A DNA stretch of 64,000 nt from Myxococcota bacterium (GTDB lineage: Bacteria; Myxococcota_A; UBA9160; UBA6930). The DNA lies in contig OZ245002.1 of assembly GCA_965223415.1 (NCBI GenBank), positions 3,008,001-3,072,000 on the forward strand. The letters run 5' to 3'. The notes beneath the pieces are model-generated. The model worked only from the letters and a program-made list of their open reading frames with translations. It was not told the origin of the DNA and searched no databases. Each line of letters opens with the position of its first letter. Position 1 is the stretch's first letter. Made by a program: the position numbers and the translations under genes. This document shows, in pieces, positions 28,093-39,100 of the stretch.

Positions 28093-29223
28093 TCAGGGGC
28101 TTCCGGCCCCGTCCAGCAGCTTCTTGAAGCCGGACGGATCGTGGCGGCCGACGACGATCGTCTCGAGCGTGCCCATCCCGGTGCGTTCGCCCAGCGTCGC
28201 CCGCACGACTTGGTGCGTGTGGAGGAACGGGAGGTCCAGTGGGTTCACTTTGTCCAGGTCCCACTCTTCGCGACCGATCGCCAGCTCGCCCTTCCAGTAG
28301 GCATGGCCCCACTCCGGATGGCCATAGCCGATTCCCAACATGTGGAAGGTCAGCCCCACGGTTTCCAGACTGATGTCGAAGCGCCGATCCCCCTCGTCGC
28401 GGAGATTCAAGCTGGCGCTGTCTGCCCGGCGGGTGCCCGGATGCCACTGGATTCGGTGCGCGGCGTCGGCCATCGTGATCAGGCCCGGCTCGTCGAGTCG
28501 GGGGATCTCGTCGGGGTCGTCGTACAGAGGGATCAGATCGGCGCTGACCTGCGTAGGTCTGCCGTCCCGATCCTCGAAGGTGCCGAACTGGGTCGAGACG
28601 TCCCCGAAGTTCAGCGGGCACCACACCCAGTACACACCCGGTTCCTCGTTGAGCAATCCCGGCGCGCCCCCTTGTGCTTCGCCGACGGGTCGGACGCCCC
28701 AGGACTTGTCGCGGGTGCCATAGGCGTGCGCGACGTCGTGACGCTCGCCGTCCACGCTGAAGAACCCGTCCCAGTAGCCCAGCTGCGTGAAACGCGAGTT
28801 GTGCATGATGAGGTGGCCGTCGTCGTACATGACGTTCTGCGGCTCCTCGTGGGGAACGCTGGCGGAAGTGAAGAGCAAGTCGCACTCCATGCCGTGCTCA
28901 TTCGGTTCGAGCCTCACCCGGATCTGGCGCATGGGTCGCACCACCTCCACCGACAGGGGGCCCACCAGGGTCTCGCCTCGCTCTCGGGGGGCCCGCCGGG
29001 ACCCGTGGAAGGCAAGCTGCCGCCGGCCGAGGGTCACACCGAAGTGCCCATCCATGATCTTGCGGTTCGGGTAGAGGCCAAACCCGATCTCGAACAGGTA
29101 GGTGCCGGCAGCGTCGAAGCCGTTGAACCAATACCGGTCGTAGAAGTTCCGGTCGCTCGGTCCCGGTTGCGCGACAGGCTGGGCGGTCTGGTGGATGCAG
29201 AAGTCGTCGAAGTCGGTGATCAT
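28093..29223 (-). CDS. Hypothetical protein (AttH/tocopherol-cyclase-like beta fold)
   Basis: [27 protein letters not shown]. Confidence 0.75.
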   Translation of the reverse strand: MITDFDDFCIHQTAQPVAQPGPSDRNFYDRYWFNGFDAAGTYLFEIGFGLYPNRKIMDGHFGVTLGRRQLAFHGSRRAPRERGETLVGPLSVEVVRPMRQIRVRLEPNEHGMECDLLFTSASVPHEEPQNVMYDDGHLIMHNSRFTQLGYWDGFFSVDGERHDVAHAYGTRDKSWGVRPVGEAQGGAPGLLNEEPGVYWVWCPLNFGDVSTQFGTFEDRDGRPTQVSADLIPLYDDPDEIPRLDEPGLITMADAAHRIQWHPGTRRADSASLNLRDEGDRRFDISLETVGLTFHMLGIGYGHPEWGHAYWKGELAIGREEWDLDKVNPLDLPFLHTHQVVRATLGERTGMGTLETIVVGRHDPSGFKKLLDGAGSP

Positions 29224-29313
29224 CGGTGAACCCGCCGAGAGGTCGAACCCAAACGCACGGTATCACACGGCGTGCGGTTTCTATCGCGCCCACCGAGCAG
29301 GTACGATCAGGCG

Positions 29314-30198
29314 ATGGGAAGGCCGCGGGGAGGCAGAGCCGCGATCGCGGTCCTGGCGTTGATCGGTCTCGTCATCGGCGCGGTGACGTGGGCCGGGGGC
29401 CCTCTTGGATTGCTCATGCAGGTCGGCGCAGCGTCGAATCGGGTGCGGTTCCCGCCGCACGAAGAACGGGTCTACCGCGAGGTCGAGGGCGACGACCTGG
29501 TGGTCAGCATCTTCCGGCCCGATCCCATCGGCGAGGGACCCGATCCGGCGATCCTGTTCATCCACGGGGGGGCCTGGGCGGCAGGCGACAGGGCCATGCT
29601 GTTCCCCTATGCCGAGGCCTTCGCCAGAAGGGGCTGGGCGACCTTCTCGATCGCCTATCGGACGCTTCGAAGCCATGGCACCGACGCACACGTCGCACTG
29701 AGCGATGCGCGACACGCCCTGCGCTGGCTCCACACCCATGCGACGGGCCTCGGGGTGGACCCCTCCCGAATCGTGCTGGCGGGGGGCTCAGCTGGCGGTC
29801 ACCTGGCTGCAGCGACGGCCCTGATCGATCCCGGGTTTCCCGTTGCGGGGCTGTTCTTGCTGAACCCGGCGATCGACACGGCTTCGGAATCGGCCCCAAG
29901 GGCGTGGGGAGACACCGTGGATCGCTTCTCGGGTCGGGGTCGGGAGATCTCTCCTGCCCACCACGTTGCACCGGGGCAACCTCCCACCATCGTGTTCCAT
30001 GGAGTCGAGGACCGCCTGGTGCCCATCGAGCAGGTTCGACGCTTCTGCCGGGCCATGACGCGTTCGGGGAATGTCTGCGAGCTGATCGAGGTGCCCGGTG
30101 CCCGACACGGCCAGTTCAACCACGGGCTCGGTCAATTCGAGATGGTGATCGCCCGCACCGAGGCGTTCCTGCGGGCCCGGGCGCTCTCACCACACTGA
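29314..30198 (+). CDS. Alpha/beta hydrolase
   Basis: IHGGAW, GGSAGGHL, FHGVED, HG. Confidence 0.88.
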   Translation: MGRPRGGRAAIAVLALIGLVIGAVTWAGGPLGLLMQVGAASNRVRFPPHEERVYREVEGDDLVVSIFRPDPIGEGPDPAILFIHGGAWAAGDRAMLFPYAEAFARRGWATFSIAYRTLRSHGTDAHVALSDARHALRWLHTHATGLGVDPSRIVLAGGSAGGHLAAATALIDPGFPVAGLFLLNPAIDTASESAPRAWGDTVDRFSGRGREISPAHHVAPGQPPTIVFHGVEDRLVPIEQVRRFCRAMTRSGNVCELIEVPGARHGQFNHGLGQFEMVIARTEAFLRARALSPH

Positions 30199-30208
30199 GG
30201 GTGCCGGG

Positions 30209-31000
30209 CTAGCTCCGCGCCACCGAGTCTGCCCAATGGGAAGCCGGTAGCGCGAGAGCAGCGAGGACCGCGCCAGCCGCCACCCGTGACGCCAGCCTCG
30301 AGCCACGGGCGAGGCGCACGAGCTGTGGGGTGCGGTGGGGGTGCCTCAGGACGAACCGAGCCAACGAGACCAGGTTCGGGTCGCCCTGGGGGCCGATCAA
30401 GGAGAGCACAGCAGCATCGGTGGTCCCGTCGTCGGCCCGATCGCTGACGCCGCGGAAGACCGACCAGGGGCAGCCGCGGGCCTCACAGACGGCGGCGATC
30501 GCAGCGGTCTCCATGTCGATCGCGACGACTCCCTGCGCGGCCAGGCGCTGGGCCTCGATCGGGTCTTCGAGAAGCGCGTCGGACGACACGAGCGTTCCCC
30601 GCTGCGGCCGATCGCCGAGCGGGGCCGGACGAAAGCTCTCGCCGGTTTCCAGGTTCGAGACGAGGTTGGGGCCGATCAGGTCCCCGATCGCACAGTCCCC
30701 GATTCCTCCTGCGATTCCGACGACGATCAGATGGTCGGGCGAGGAGGCGTCCAGAACCTGCCTGGTGCGGTGAGCCGCCGCACGCCTGCCGACGCCCGTG
30801 AGGGCCGCGACCACCTCGATCGCGCCGCAGCGACCCCAGCGGAGCTCGGTCCCGTCTTTGCTCGACCGGGAGAGGCCGAGAGGAGCGACGAGAGGGCGGA
30901 GCTCGCTCCGCATGGGCGCGAGGATCGCGACCCGGCCGGGTTCCGCAGAAACCGGCGTCGTTCGGTTCACGGCAAACGGCTGAAGCACCCGCCGCTTCAC
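30209..31000 (-). CDS. Nucleoside phosphorylase / MTA-SAH nucleosidase family
   Basis: TGVG, VVGIAGG, IDMETAAIA, RGVSD; start uncertain. Confidence 0.85.
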   Translation of the reverse strand: MKRRVLQPFAVNRTTPVSAEPGRVAILAPMRSELRPLVAPLGLSRSSKDGTELRWGRCGAIEVVAALTGVGRRAAAHRTRQVLDASSPDHLIVVGIAGGIGDCAIGDLIGPNLVSNLETGESFRPAPLGDRPQRGTLVSSDALLEDPIEAQRLAAQGVVAIDMETAAIAAVCEARGCPWSVFRGVSDRADDGTTDAAVLSLIGPQGDPNLVSLARFVLRHPHRTPQLVRLARGSRLASRVAAGAVLAALALPASHWADSVARS

Positions 31001-31006
31001 TCGGAC

Positions 31007-32200
31007 TCAGCCGCGCAGCGCCACCGGCAGACGCAGGGCACCGCGGACCGGTCCCGACTTGAGGCGCTCGACGCGGAGGTCGGTCATGCGGTACTCCGGG
31101 AAGCGCTCCAGCAGCTCCTCGAATGCCACCCGCGCCTCCAGCCGCGCGAGGTTCGCGCCCAGGCAGTAGTGAGCACCGAACCCGAAGGCCAGGTGCGAAT
31201 TCGGGTCGCGGGTCACGTCGAAGCGCTCCGGGTCGGGGATGCGGCGCTCGTCGCGGTTCGCCGACGCGAACAGCAGCAGCACCTGGTCCCCCTTCGGGAT
31301 GGCTTCGCCGTGGAGCGTCACGTCGCACGTGAGCGTGCGGGCCAGGCCCTGGACGGGCGAATCGAAGCGCAGGCACTCCTCGACCGCCGAGGCGACGAGG
31401 GACGGATCCTCCACCAGGGTGCGTCGCTGGTCGGGGTAGCGGGCGAGGTTGATGGCGCCGTTGCTGATCAGGTTGGTCGTGGTCTCGTTGCCCGCCACCA
31501 GCAGCAGGAAGGCGAAGCCGATCGTCTCCACCTCGGTCAGGTTCTCACCGTCGATTTCGGCCGCCAGCAGGGCCGAGAGGAGATCGTCGCGCGGGGCCGC
31601 GCGGCGTTCGGCCAGCCGCTCGGCCAGGTAGGCCCCGAGCTCGATCGCCGGCCCGAGCGTCGCCAGCGCCTCTTCGCCGGCCTGGGCCTGCATCTGGGCG
31701 GGGTCGAACTGCGCGATCTCGACGGACTTCTGCTTGAACCACGCATGGTCCGAGCTCGGGACGCCGAGCAGCTCGGCGATCACCGTGGTCGGGAGCGGCG
31801 CCGAGAAGCCGCGCACGAGGTCCACCTCGTTCCGTCCCTCGAAGGCGTCGAGGAGCCCTCGCGCGATCTCCCGGATGCGACCTTCCAGATCTGCAATGCG
31901 GCGCGGTGTGAAGGCGCGGCTCACGATGGATCTCATCCGCGTGTGGCGCGGCCCGTCCATCATGATGAGCAGGGGCGCCGCGAGCGGGCCGGACTGCTCG
32001 AGCTCCCGCAGACCCACGGTGATGCCCTGGCCGGAGCAGTAGGTTTCTGGATCGAGCAGCGCGGCCTTCACATCGTCGTAGCGGGACAGGGCCCAGAACG
32101 AGAGCTCGGGGTTGTGGAAGGCCGGGAACTCGTCGCGCAGGCGTCGGTAGACCGGGTAGGGATCCTCGTGCAGCCTCGGCGAGTACGGATCGAAGTTCAT
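31007..32200 (-). CDS. Cytochrome P450
   Basis: AGNETT, EECLR, FGFGAHYCLG. Confidence 0.96.
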   Translation of the reverse strand: MNFDPYSPRLHEDPYPVYRRLRDEFPAFHNPELSFWALSRYDDVKAALLDPETYCSGQGITVGLRELEQSGPLAAPLLIMMDGPRHTRMRSIVSRAFTPRRIADLEGRIREIARGLLDAFEGRNEVDLVRGFSAPLPTTVIAELLGVPSSDHAWFKQKSVEIAQFDPAQMQAQAGEEALATLGPAIELGAYLAERLAERRAAPRDDLLSALLAAEIDGENLTEVETIGFAFLLLVAGNETTTNLISNGAINLARYPDQRRTLVEDPSLVASAVEECLRFDSPVQGLARTLTCDVTLHGEAIPKGDQVLLLFASANRDERRIPDPERFDVTRDPNSHLAFGFGAHYCLGANLARLEARVAFEELLERFPEYRMTDLRVERLKSGPVRGALRLPVALRG

Positions 32201-32339
32201 GGCAGCCTCCGGCGCGATCGCGACGAGTGTACCCGCGATGAGACGGATGGTCCGCCTCGGAGCCGCACGAGGCCGACCGACGGGCCGCTGACGTACCGGC
32301 GAGGAGGTTCAGCGTCGGCCGACGCGCTGGCGATGATCG

Positions 32340-32870
32340 CTAGTCGTCGGTATCCGAGTCGTCATCGTCGTGTCCGCGCCCGTGCTCGCCCGAGGGGGAG
32401 CCGACCGCGTCCTGCATGGCGTACGCGCTCGCCGCGCCGTGCCGATAGACCAGCTCGCCGCCCGAGTGCCCCACCTGCGCGCCGGCACCCAGGACGGCGA
32501 GGGCCGCGACGACCGACGCCCAGCGGGCCATTCCGCCCGCGAGGCCGGGCAGGAGGCCCGCGGCGACCACGGCCAGGGCGAGCCCGGCCACCACCTGGAA
32601 GCGCTCGGCCTGCTCTTCGTGGTCCTCGATGTACCGCTCGGCGACCACCTCCTCGACGCGGTCCTCCTGCTCCTCGCCGGTCTCCAGGGCCATCCAGCCC
32701 GACCCCACCAGCAGCGCCTGGAGGAGGACGATGCCGACCCAGGTTCGGGGCGGGACGTGGTTCGAGCGGATCGCGACCGCCGCCAGCAGCGCGAGCGCCG
32801 GGATCAGGACGGCGAGCGCGATGGGCAGGTGAACGACTGCGGGGTGCAAGGGGTCCGGTACCGGGAACAT
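32340..32870 (-). CDS. DUF2231-like membrane protein
   Basis: PLHPAVVHLPIA, GHSGGELVYRHG. Confidence 0.8.
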   Translation of the reverse strand: MFPVPDPLHPAVVHLPIALAVLIPALALLAAVAIRSNHVPPRTWVGIVLLQALLVGSGWMALETGEEQEDRVEEVVAERYIEDHEEQAERFQVVAGLALAVVAAGLLPGLAGGMARWASVVAALAVLGAGAQVGHSGGELVYRHGAASAYAMQDAVGSPSGEHGRGHDDDDSDTDD

Positions 32871-32989
32871 CGTGGAATCCTCCGTTTGCGAGTTCGCGAC
32901 AGGAGCCCGACCATGGCTCCCGGCGGGTCACCCGGCATCCGGCAAGTGTCGGAAGCGGTAAGCCCTCGATACGGAAGGGGATTCGATCG

Positions 32990-33547
32990 GTGCCCCGTAC
33001 AGCTGCCGGAGATTCCCAGCTTCGGGTGATCCTGACGTTCCTGCTCGGAGGGATCGCCATCGGCGGGGGCATCGACCTCTGGATGGACTGGCCCACGTCT
33101 CCTGGCGCCTTCCACGTCGGCTTCGAGGTCGCCGTCCTCGTCCTGTCCCTCGGGGGCGTGGTGTTCCTGTGGAGTGGCTGGGTGCGGACGCGTCACTCAC
33201 TCGATCGGACTCGCGAGGCGTCGGTCCGGCTGACCGAGGAGCGGGACGCCTGGCGGCAGCGTGCCGAGAAGCTCCTTCGGGGCCTCGGCGAGGAGATCGA
33301 CGCCCAGCTCCGCAGCTGGGAGCTGACGGCGGCCGAGCGCGAGGTCGCGCTCTTCCTGCTGAAGGGCTACGAGCACAAGGAGATCGCGGCGCTGCTCGAT
33401 CGGAGCGATCGCACGATCCGTCAGCACGCCGTTTCCGTCTATCGGAAGTCGAACCTGTCGGGCCGCGCCGAGCTCGCCGCGTTCTTCCTCGAAGATCTGC
33501 TCCTGCCTCCGGAGACCCCCCCATTTCCAGCGGACGGCGCGCCATGA
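32990..33547 (+). CDS. Membrane-anchored LuxR-type regulator
   Basis: Two TMs, then LTAAEREVALFLLKG...KEIA...TIRQHA..VYRKS. Confidence 0.85.
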   Translation: MPRTAAGDSQLRVILTFLLGGIAIGGGIDLWMDWPTSPGAFHVGFEVAVLVLSLGGVVFLWSGWVRTRHSLDRTREASVRLTEERDAWRQRAEKLLRGLGEEIDAQLRSWELTAAEREVALFLLKGYEHKEIAALLDRSDRTIRQHAVSVYRKSNLSGRAELAAFFLEDLLLPPETPPFPADGAP

Positions 33548-33596
33548 GAGGCCTCGCGGCCGTTTCGGCAAGCTCGAGACGTCGGCGTCGCCCTGC

Positions 33597-34625
33597 TCAG
33601 GGTTGGATCGCCCCGTATCGGATCAACGTCTCCGCACTGGCGCGAAGCGCCTCGTCGGCCGGGATCAAGTCGCGGCCCAACAGTTCGCGGAGCTTGGCGG
33701 AGGACGAGAAGCGCCGCTTGCCGAGCTCCATCGCGATCGTCTTCATGTCCGCGTTGAACAGGGCCATCAGCCGCACGACGAAGTCCGGCATCCCGAAGCG
33801 AGGGAGCTTGGCGGCGTGCTGGGGGCAAGCGTCGCGCAGGATCTCCGCGACCTCCTTCATCGAAAGGAAGTCGTCGGCGACGATGTAGCGCTCGCCGATC
33901 GTGGAGGGATCCTCCATGGCCTTGATGTGCGCAGCCGAGACATCGCGCACGTCCACGACCTGGATGCCGACATCGGGCACGGCCGGGAACTTGCCCTCGA
34001 GCAACTGGAGGACGACGCCGACCGAGGTCTTGACCTGCTCGCTCAGTACCGGGCCGTAGACGCCGACCGGGTTGATCGCCGTAAGACCGATGCCCTGGCC
34101 CTCGCTCGCGACGAAGTCCCAGGCGGCTCGTTCTGCCAGGGTCTTCGAGGCGGAGTAGGCGCCGCAGTCGGCGGCGTTCTCGGGGCAGCTCCAGTCTGCC
34201 TCGGTGAGGGTCGCGGGCAGGTCGTCGCCCCAGCCATAGGCGATGGCCGCGCAGGAAGAGGTGAGGACGACGCGATCGACGCCGGATCCCCGCGCCGCTC
34301 GGAGAACGCGAAGGGCGCCATCGCGCGCAGGGCGGATCAGGTCGTCGGGATCCCTCGGGGCCGCGAGCGGGAAGGGCGAGGCCAGGTGGTGGATCACGTC
34401 GACCCCGGACACGGCTTCCGCCCAGCCATCGTCCGACTCGAGGTCGGCCTCCACCAACTCCAGCTCGGCTGCGCGCGGCGTGTGCTTGCCGAGGACGTTC
34501 TTGAGGACGTCACCCTTGGCGAGGGAGCGGACGGTTCCGCGAACGCGATGGCCTCCCTCGAGCAGGTCGAGGATCAGCTGCTGGGCGATGAAGCCCGAGG
34601 CGCCGGTGACGAGCGTGCTGGTCAT
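33597..34625 (-). CDS. NAD-dependent aldehyde reductase/epimerase
   Basis: VTGASGFIA, HLASP, YSASK. Confidence 0.9.
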   Translation of the reverse strand: MTSTLVTGASGFIAQQLILDLLEGGHRVRGTVRSLAKGDVLKNVLGKHTPRAAELELVEADLESDDGWAEAVSGVDVIHHLASPFPLAAPRDPDDLIRPARDGALRVLRAARGSGVDRVVLTSSCAAIAYGWGDDLPATLTEADWSCPENAADCGAYSASKTLAERAAWDFVASEGQGIGLTAINPVGVYGPVLSEQVKTSVGVVLQLLEGKFPAVPDVGIQVVDVRDVSAAHIKAMEDPSTIGERYIVADDFLSMKEVAEILRDACPQHAAKLPRFGMPDFVVRLMALFNADMKTIAMELGKRRFSSSAKLRELLGRDLIPADEALRASAETLIRYGAIQP

Positions 34626-34656
34626 GGTGTCTCCTGCAGATGGACGAGAGAATAGG

Positions 34657-34692
34657 TGACCGATGGTCAGATATATAGTCGACTGTCGGTCA
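34657..34692. promoter_or_regulatory. Two TetR operator palindromes
   Basis: TGACCGATGGTCA and CGACTGTCGGTCA between divergent genes. Confidence 0.6.
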
Positions 34693-34729
34693 GTTGTCAC
34701 CCCTCGGTCCGAGAGCGACACTTCCGCCC

Positions 34730-35395
34730 GTGGCCGACGCCCCCAGGACCCACTACCAGCGCGCACGCCGCAAGGCCGAGAAGGACGAGCGCCGCGCCGT
34801 CATCCTGGCCGCGGCGGCTGCCCTGCTGCACTCGACGGGCTTCGAGGGCTTCTCGATGGCGGCACTGGGCAAGAAGGCGGGCATCGCCAAGGGCACCCTC
34901 TATCTCTACTTCGAGACCCGCGAGGAGGTCTTGCTCGCGCTCTGGGTCGAGGCCTTGCGTGATTGGAGTCGGGCTCTGCGCGCGAGTCTGCGTGAGGGCA
35001 TGAGCGATCAAGACTTCGTTGCGTGCTTCCAAACCTCATCGCTCGCGGACCCGAACTTCCTGACGCTTCGCTCACGCCTCGAGAGCGTCATCGAGCACAA
35101 CGTGTCCGTGGATCGCCTCGTGGAGGCGAAGCGAACCATGCGCGATCTGCTCCTCGAACTCTCCCCGCGAATCGAGCGTGCACTCGACCTGGAGGACGAT
35201 CGGGGATCGCGACTGCTGATCGCTCTGGGAGCGCTCCTGCTCGGTGCCCAGCAGTCGCGCACCGGTCCCGCCGTGCAGTCCCTCGATTTGCCCGAGGACG
35301 TCGCGGAGTTCATGCGGGTTGAACCCGGGACGGATCTCTTTCGCGACCACGCCCGGATGATCATTGCAGGAACCCGCGCCGCGGGTCGGGGCTAG
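34730..35395 (+). CDS. TetR regulator
   Basis: GKKAGIAKGTLYLYFETREEV. Confidence 0.9.
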   Translation: MADAPRTHYQRARRKAEKDERRAVILAAAAALLHSTGFEGFSMAALGKKAGIAKGTLYLYFETREEVLLALWVEALRDWSRALRASLREGMSDQDFVACFQTSSLADPNFLTLRSRLESVIEHNVSVDRLVEAKRTMRDLLLELSPRIERALDLEDDRGSRLLIALGALLLGAQQSRTGPAVQSLDLPEDVAEFMRVEPGTDLFRDHARMIIAGTRAAGRG

Positions 35396-35477
35396 GCCCG
35401 GCGCCTCGAGCAGCGCCCTTCGGAGAGTGCTGCGGCACCTGCATCGACGAGACGTCCTTCACGCCCGGCCTCTGCTC

Positions 35478-36377
35478 CTAGCGCCGTTCGAGCACCGCAT
35501 CGCCCGCGCGCTCGAGGATCCGCTCCGTGCGACGCCGCATCTGCGTCTCGACGTCCGGCGCAAGGCCCCACTCGCCCATCGACGCGGCACCGGCCGAGGC
35601 CACGAAGAGCTCCCAAACGGGCAGGTCGAAGAGGTCGATCGGGGCGAGCGCGAGGTAGGCCTCGGTGAAGGCATCCGCGGCGCGCTCGCCTTGTCGCCAG
35701 GTCAGCTCCACCCGCGCGCCCGCGAGGTCGCACAGCGGGTCGCCGAGGGCGGCGTCCTCCCAGTCGAGAACGGCGGCGATCGCGCCTCCGTTCCAGAGGA
35801 CGTTGCCGGGCCAGAAGTCGCCGTGGAGCAGGACGGAGGGATTCGAGGCCTCGAGGGAGAGGCCGCGCAAGGCGGCGCGCAGGGCTTCGGTCATCGGGAG
35901 CGCCGGAAGGAACTCGAGCGCTCCCGCGACGGGGTCCTCCCGGGGCGGAAGCGACGGGAGCGGGAGGCTCGCGGCGTCGAGGGCGTGCAGCCGGGCGAGG
36001 AAGCTGGCCATCGTGCGGAGGGCGTCGGGCAGGAGCGCGTCGGGGAGCTCGGTCGTGCCCTCGACGTAGACCATCACGAGACAGGCGGGGTCCGCGCCCC
36101 CGCCGTCGTCGAGGAAGAGCGGCTCCGGCACTGGGAGCCCCGCGCCGTGGAGGGCCTCGAGCAGTGCGTGCTCGGTGTGAGCGGCGTCCGCGGCGGTGCC
36201 CTTCCCGTCGGCCGCCCCGGGCTGCCGCACGACCACGCGCCGGATGCCGCCGGAGGGCAATGCGAGCTCGAGCACCTCGACGCGAGCGGAGACCCCCCCG
36301 CGCAGGACCCGATGACCCAGGACCGTGGCGTCCGGCGCCACCCGTCGCGCCAGCCGCTCGCGGGAGTTCGGGGGCAT
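35478..36377 (-). CDS. APH-family phosphotransferase
   Basis: LLHGDFWPGNVL, LDWEDAALGDPLCDLA. Confidence 0.88.
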   Translation of the reverse strand: MPPNSRERLARRVAPDATVLGHRVLRGGVSARVEVLELALPSGGIRRVVVRQPGAADGKGTAADAAHTEHALLEALHGAGLPVPEPLFLDDGGGADPACLVMVYVEGTTELPDALLPDALRTMASFLARLHALDAASLPLPSLPPREDPVAGALEFLPALPMTEALRAALRGLSLEASNPSVLLHGDFWPGNVLWNGGAIAAVLDWEDAALGDPLCDLAGARVELTWRQGERAADAFTEAYLALAPIDLFDLPVWELFVASAGAASMGEWGLAPDVETQMRRRTERILERAGDAVLERR

Positions 36378-36494
36378 GCCGGAGCATCGCGCATGCGGGT
36401 TCCGAAGGCAGCTACCGTGTCCCATCGAACGGAGGGTCCAGTACCGTGGGGATCCGCCTTCGCAGCCGACCGGCCCCCAGGGTGAGGAAGGGCC

Positions 36495-36653
36495 ATGAAC
36501 TGGGAAGCCGCAGGCGCGATCGGCGAGCGCGTGGGAGTGCTCGCGGTCGTCACCGTCATCTACCTGGCGAACCAGGTTCGCTATGCGCGCCCGGATCTCG
36601 AGTTCTCGAAGTGGTTGTTCGAGGTGGCCAGGATCGAGAAGCCGTCGGAGTGA
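36495..36653 (+). pseudogene. Short or truncated membrane protein (MNWEAAGAIGE... type)
   Basis: RBS and ATG, one TM helix, only 52 aa. Confidence 0.45.
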
Positions 36654-36792
36654 GTGCCACGACGCGGATGTCTGCCCCACGGGGGCTTCAGCGTCGGTTT
36701 CTCTTGAACTGACACACCGCTCCACGAGAGGATGGGACAACGGACGGGACTAGGAGTCTGGTACGAGCGGGTCGTTGCTGTGCGGAGCGCAA

Positions 36793-38268
36793 GTGCGGGT
36801 TCTCGTCGTCGACCTGAACAACTTCTCACGCTATCCGACGATGTCGGTCGGGTTGATCGCGGGCATCCTGCGCGGTGCGGGGATCGGGGTCGACGTCCTC
36901 TCGCCTTTCGCGCTCGGCATCGAGGGCTATCCGCGCACCGTCCGGCCCCCCGCCTGGGGTCTGGCCGGCCAGGCCCTCCGGTTCTGGAGCGCCACCACCC
37001 GGAGTCGGCTCGTCCGGCAGGCGCGGGCGGCCGCCCTTCGCTCGGTCCGGCCGCCCAGAGAAGCGAACCACGAGGTGATCCTGCGGGGCGTCGAGGAGAG
37101 GCTCGAGGTCGGTGCGGAGGTGGTCCTGATCTCGGCGTACACGATGTACTTCGAGGTCAGTCGGAAGATCTGCGCGCTCGCCCAGCGGTACGGAAGGCCG
37201 GTGCTCGTCGGAGGCAACGCCTTTTGCGAGCCCGAGATCGTCGGCCGGTGGCTCGGGATCCCGGGGCTCTCGGCCGTGTTCGGCGGCGAGCCCGAGCCGG
37301 TGCTGGTCGACCTCGTCGTCGGCCTGGCGGCGGGACGCGACGTCTCCCAGATGTCGGGTGTCTCCGTCGCCGGCCGACCCGCCCGGCCGCCCGCGCCTCC
37401 CCTGCGCGACCTCGATGCCCTTCCGTTCCCCGACTACAGCGACTTCCCCTGGCACCGCTACCCGAATCGGATCGTCCCGATGATGGCCGGTCGTGGGTGC
37501 GGCTGGGGCGCCTGCGCCTTCTGTGGCGACGTCGTGACCTCGGCGGGCCGTCGGTTCCGGACTCGCACGCCCCACGACGTGCTCGAGGAGATGAGGCACC
37601 AGCACGGGAAGCACGAGACCGATCTCTTCACGTTCCTGGATCTGAAGCTCAACTCGAGTCGCGCCGTGTGGAAGGCCCTGGCCGAGGAGACCCAGCGGGT
37701 CGTGCCGGGGGCGCGCTGGACCGCATCGCTCCACGTCGATGCTCGCAGCAACGACGACCTCGAAGCCCGGGACCTGCGGGAGGCGCGACGGGGCGGGCTC
37801 GTTCGCATCACCACGGGGCTCGAGTCGGCGAGCCCCCTCGTCCTGAAGGGGATGGCGAAGGGCACGGACCCCGAGCGGACGAGCGAGGTGCTGCACCATG
37901 CCCACGAGGCCGGGATCAGCGTCCGACTCACCGTCCTGGTCGGCTATCCGGGAGAGCAGGCCGGCGACGTCGAAGCCACGGCCCGGTACCTCGAGCGCCA
38001 CCGCGACTTCGTCGATCGCGTGGTCGTCAACCGTCTCGCCATCATGCCGGGATCGGGTCTGGCCAGGGAGCTGCGTTCCCACCCCGAGCGCTTCCCCGAG
38101 ATCTCGGACACGCGTCTCGACCTCGACTCCGCGACCATCGACCACTGGAACGAGAGCTTCGTCGGAGAGGGCTACCGGCGTGCGATCTGGGGCTTGCTCC
38201 GGGTCGTGCACCGCATCAACCGCAAGCCCCTGACCGGGGTCTCGCGGGAGTTCGAAGGGGTCATGTAG
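36793..38268 (+). CDS. B12-binding radical SAM protein
   Basis: GRGCGWGACAFC, PFPDYSDFP, TGLESAS, LVGYPGE. Confidence 0.88.
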   Translation: MRVLVVDLNNFSRYPTMSVGLIAGILRGAGIGVDVLSPFALGIEGYPRTVRPPAWGLAGQALRFWSATTRSRLVRQARAAALRSVRPPREANHEVILRGVEERLEVGAEVVLISAYTMYFEVSRKICALAQRYGRPVLVGGNAFCEPEIVGRWLGIPGLSAVFGGEPEPVLVDLVVGLAAGRDVSQMSGVSVAGRPARPPAPPLRDLDALPFPDYSDFPWHRYPNRIVPMMAGRGCGWGACAFCGDVVTSAGRRFRTRTPHDVLEEMRHQHGKHETDLFTFLDLKLNSSRAVWKALAEETQRVVPGARWTASLHVDARSNDDLEARDLREARRGGLVRITTGLESASPLVLKGMAKGTDPERTSEVLHHAHEAGISVRLTVLVGYPGEQAGDVEATARYLERHRDFVDRVVVNRLAIMPGSGLARELRSHPERFPEISDTRLDLDSATIDHWNESFVGEGYRRAIWGLLRVVHRINRKPLTGVSREFEGVM

Positions 38269-38294
38269 ACTCGGGCAGGTCAAGGAGCATCGCC

Positions 38295-39023
38295 ATGGAC
38301 GCCTCGCCTCACGCCTACTCCGCCGAGCCCACGAGGAACCCCTTCCGCTTCGCGCTCGCCCTTTGGCGTCTGATCCGAAACGACCCGAGCGAGACCACGC
38401 CCGAGGCGGCGATCGTGGAGATGGGATTCGCGCGCTCCCGGATCGGTCGCCGCTTCGCCCGTTGGGAGGAGGTCGTCACGTACCTGAAGCGCGATCCGCG
38501 CACGGCGAAGGCGATCCAGGAGCGTCGCGCCTTCGGGCCGATCGCCCTCGATCCGCTGGCCGCCCTTCCGCCCGGGACCCTCGGACGCGTCTTCGCGGAG
38601 CACTGTCGGGCCCGGGAGCTGAACCCGAACCTGATCCACGTGCCGCCGGACGACGAGGTCGGCTGGGTGCTGAATCACCTCTATCAGACCCATGACATCT
38701 GGCACGTGGTGACGGGTTGGGACAACGACCTGCCGGGCGAGGTCGGGCTGGGCACCTTCTACGCGGGCCAGTTCGGATCCCCTTCCTTCTTCTCGTTCAT
38801 GCTCGCTCTGATCCTGCTCAACACCGTCCTGCGAAGGAACGACGCGGGCCCGGTGATGACTGCCATGAGCGAGGGCTACCGAGCGGGCCAGCGGGCCGAG
38901 CCGCTCTTCGGCACCGACTGGGCCGCGCTCTGGGACGCGCCCCTCGACGAGGTCCGTTCGCGTTTCGGAGTCGAGGCTCGCGAGGGAGTGGTCGAGCCTC
39001 CGCGGCTGGGCGCAGTCGGGTGA
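38295..39023 (+). CDS. Coq4-family protein
   Basis: LAALPPGTLG, THDIWHVVTG...GE (HDxxH-x11-E). Confidence 0.85.
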   Translation: MDASPHAYSAEPTRNPFRFALALWRLIRNDPSETTPEAAIVEMGFARSRIGRRFARWEEVVTYLKRDPRTAKAIQERRAFGPIALDPLAALPPGTLGRVFAEHCRARELNPNLIHVPPDDEVGWVLNHLYQTHDIWHVVTGWDNDLPGEVGLGTFYAGQFGSPSFFSFMLALILLNTVLRRNDAGPVMTAMSEGYRAGQRAEPLFGTDWAALWDAPLDEVRSRFGVEAREGVVEPPRLGAVG

Positions 39024-39100
39024 GAGCGCGGGTCCCACGAGCGCCTGTGCCCCCAGGACGACCGGGGCCCCAGGCGCTGCTCCGAAGGCCGGAGGCACGC

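Noticed and set aside
30335..33547. 1070-aa ORF and other long Arg/Pro/Gly-rich ORFs (e.g. 51721-55140, 56815-61614)
   Set aside because: These are GC-rich antisense or shadow frames of well-supported genes. Only the 3' LuxR part of the first is real.
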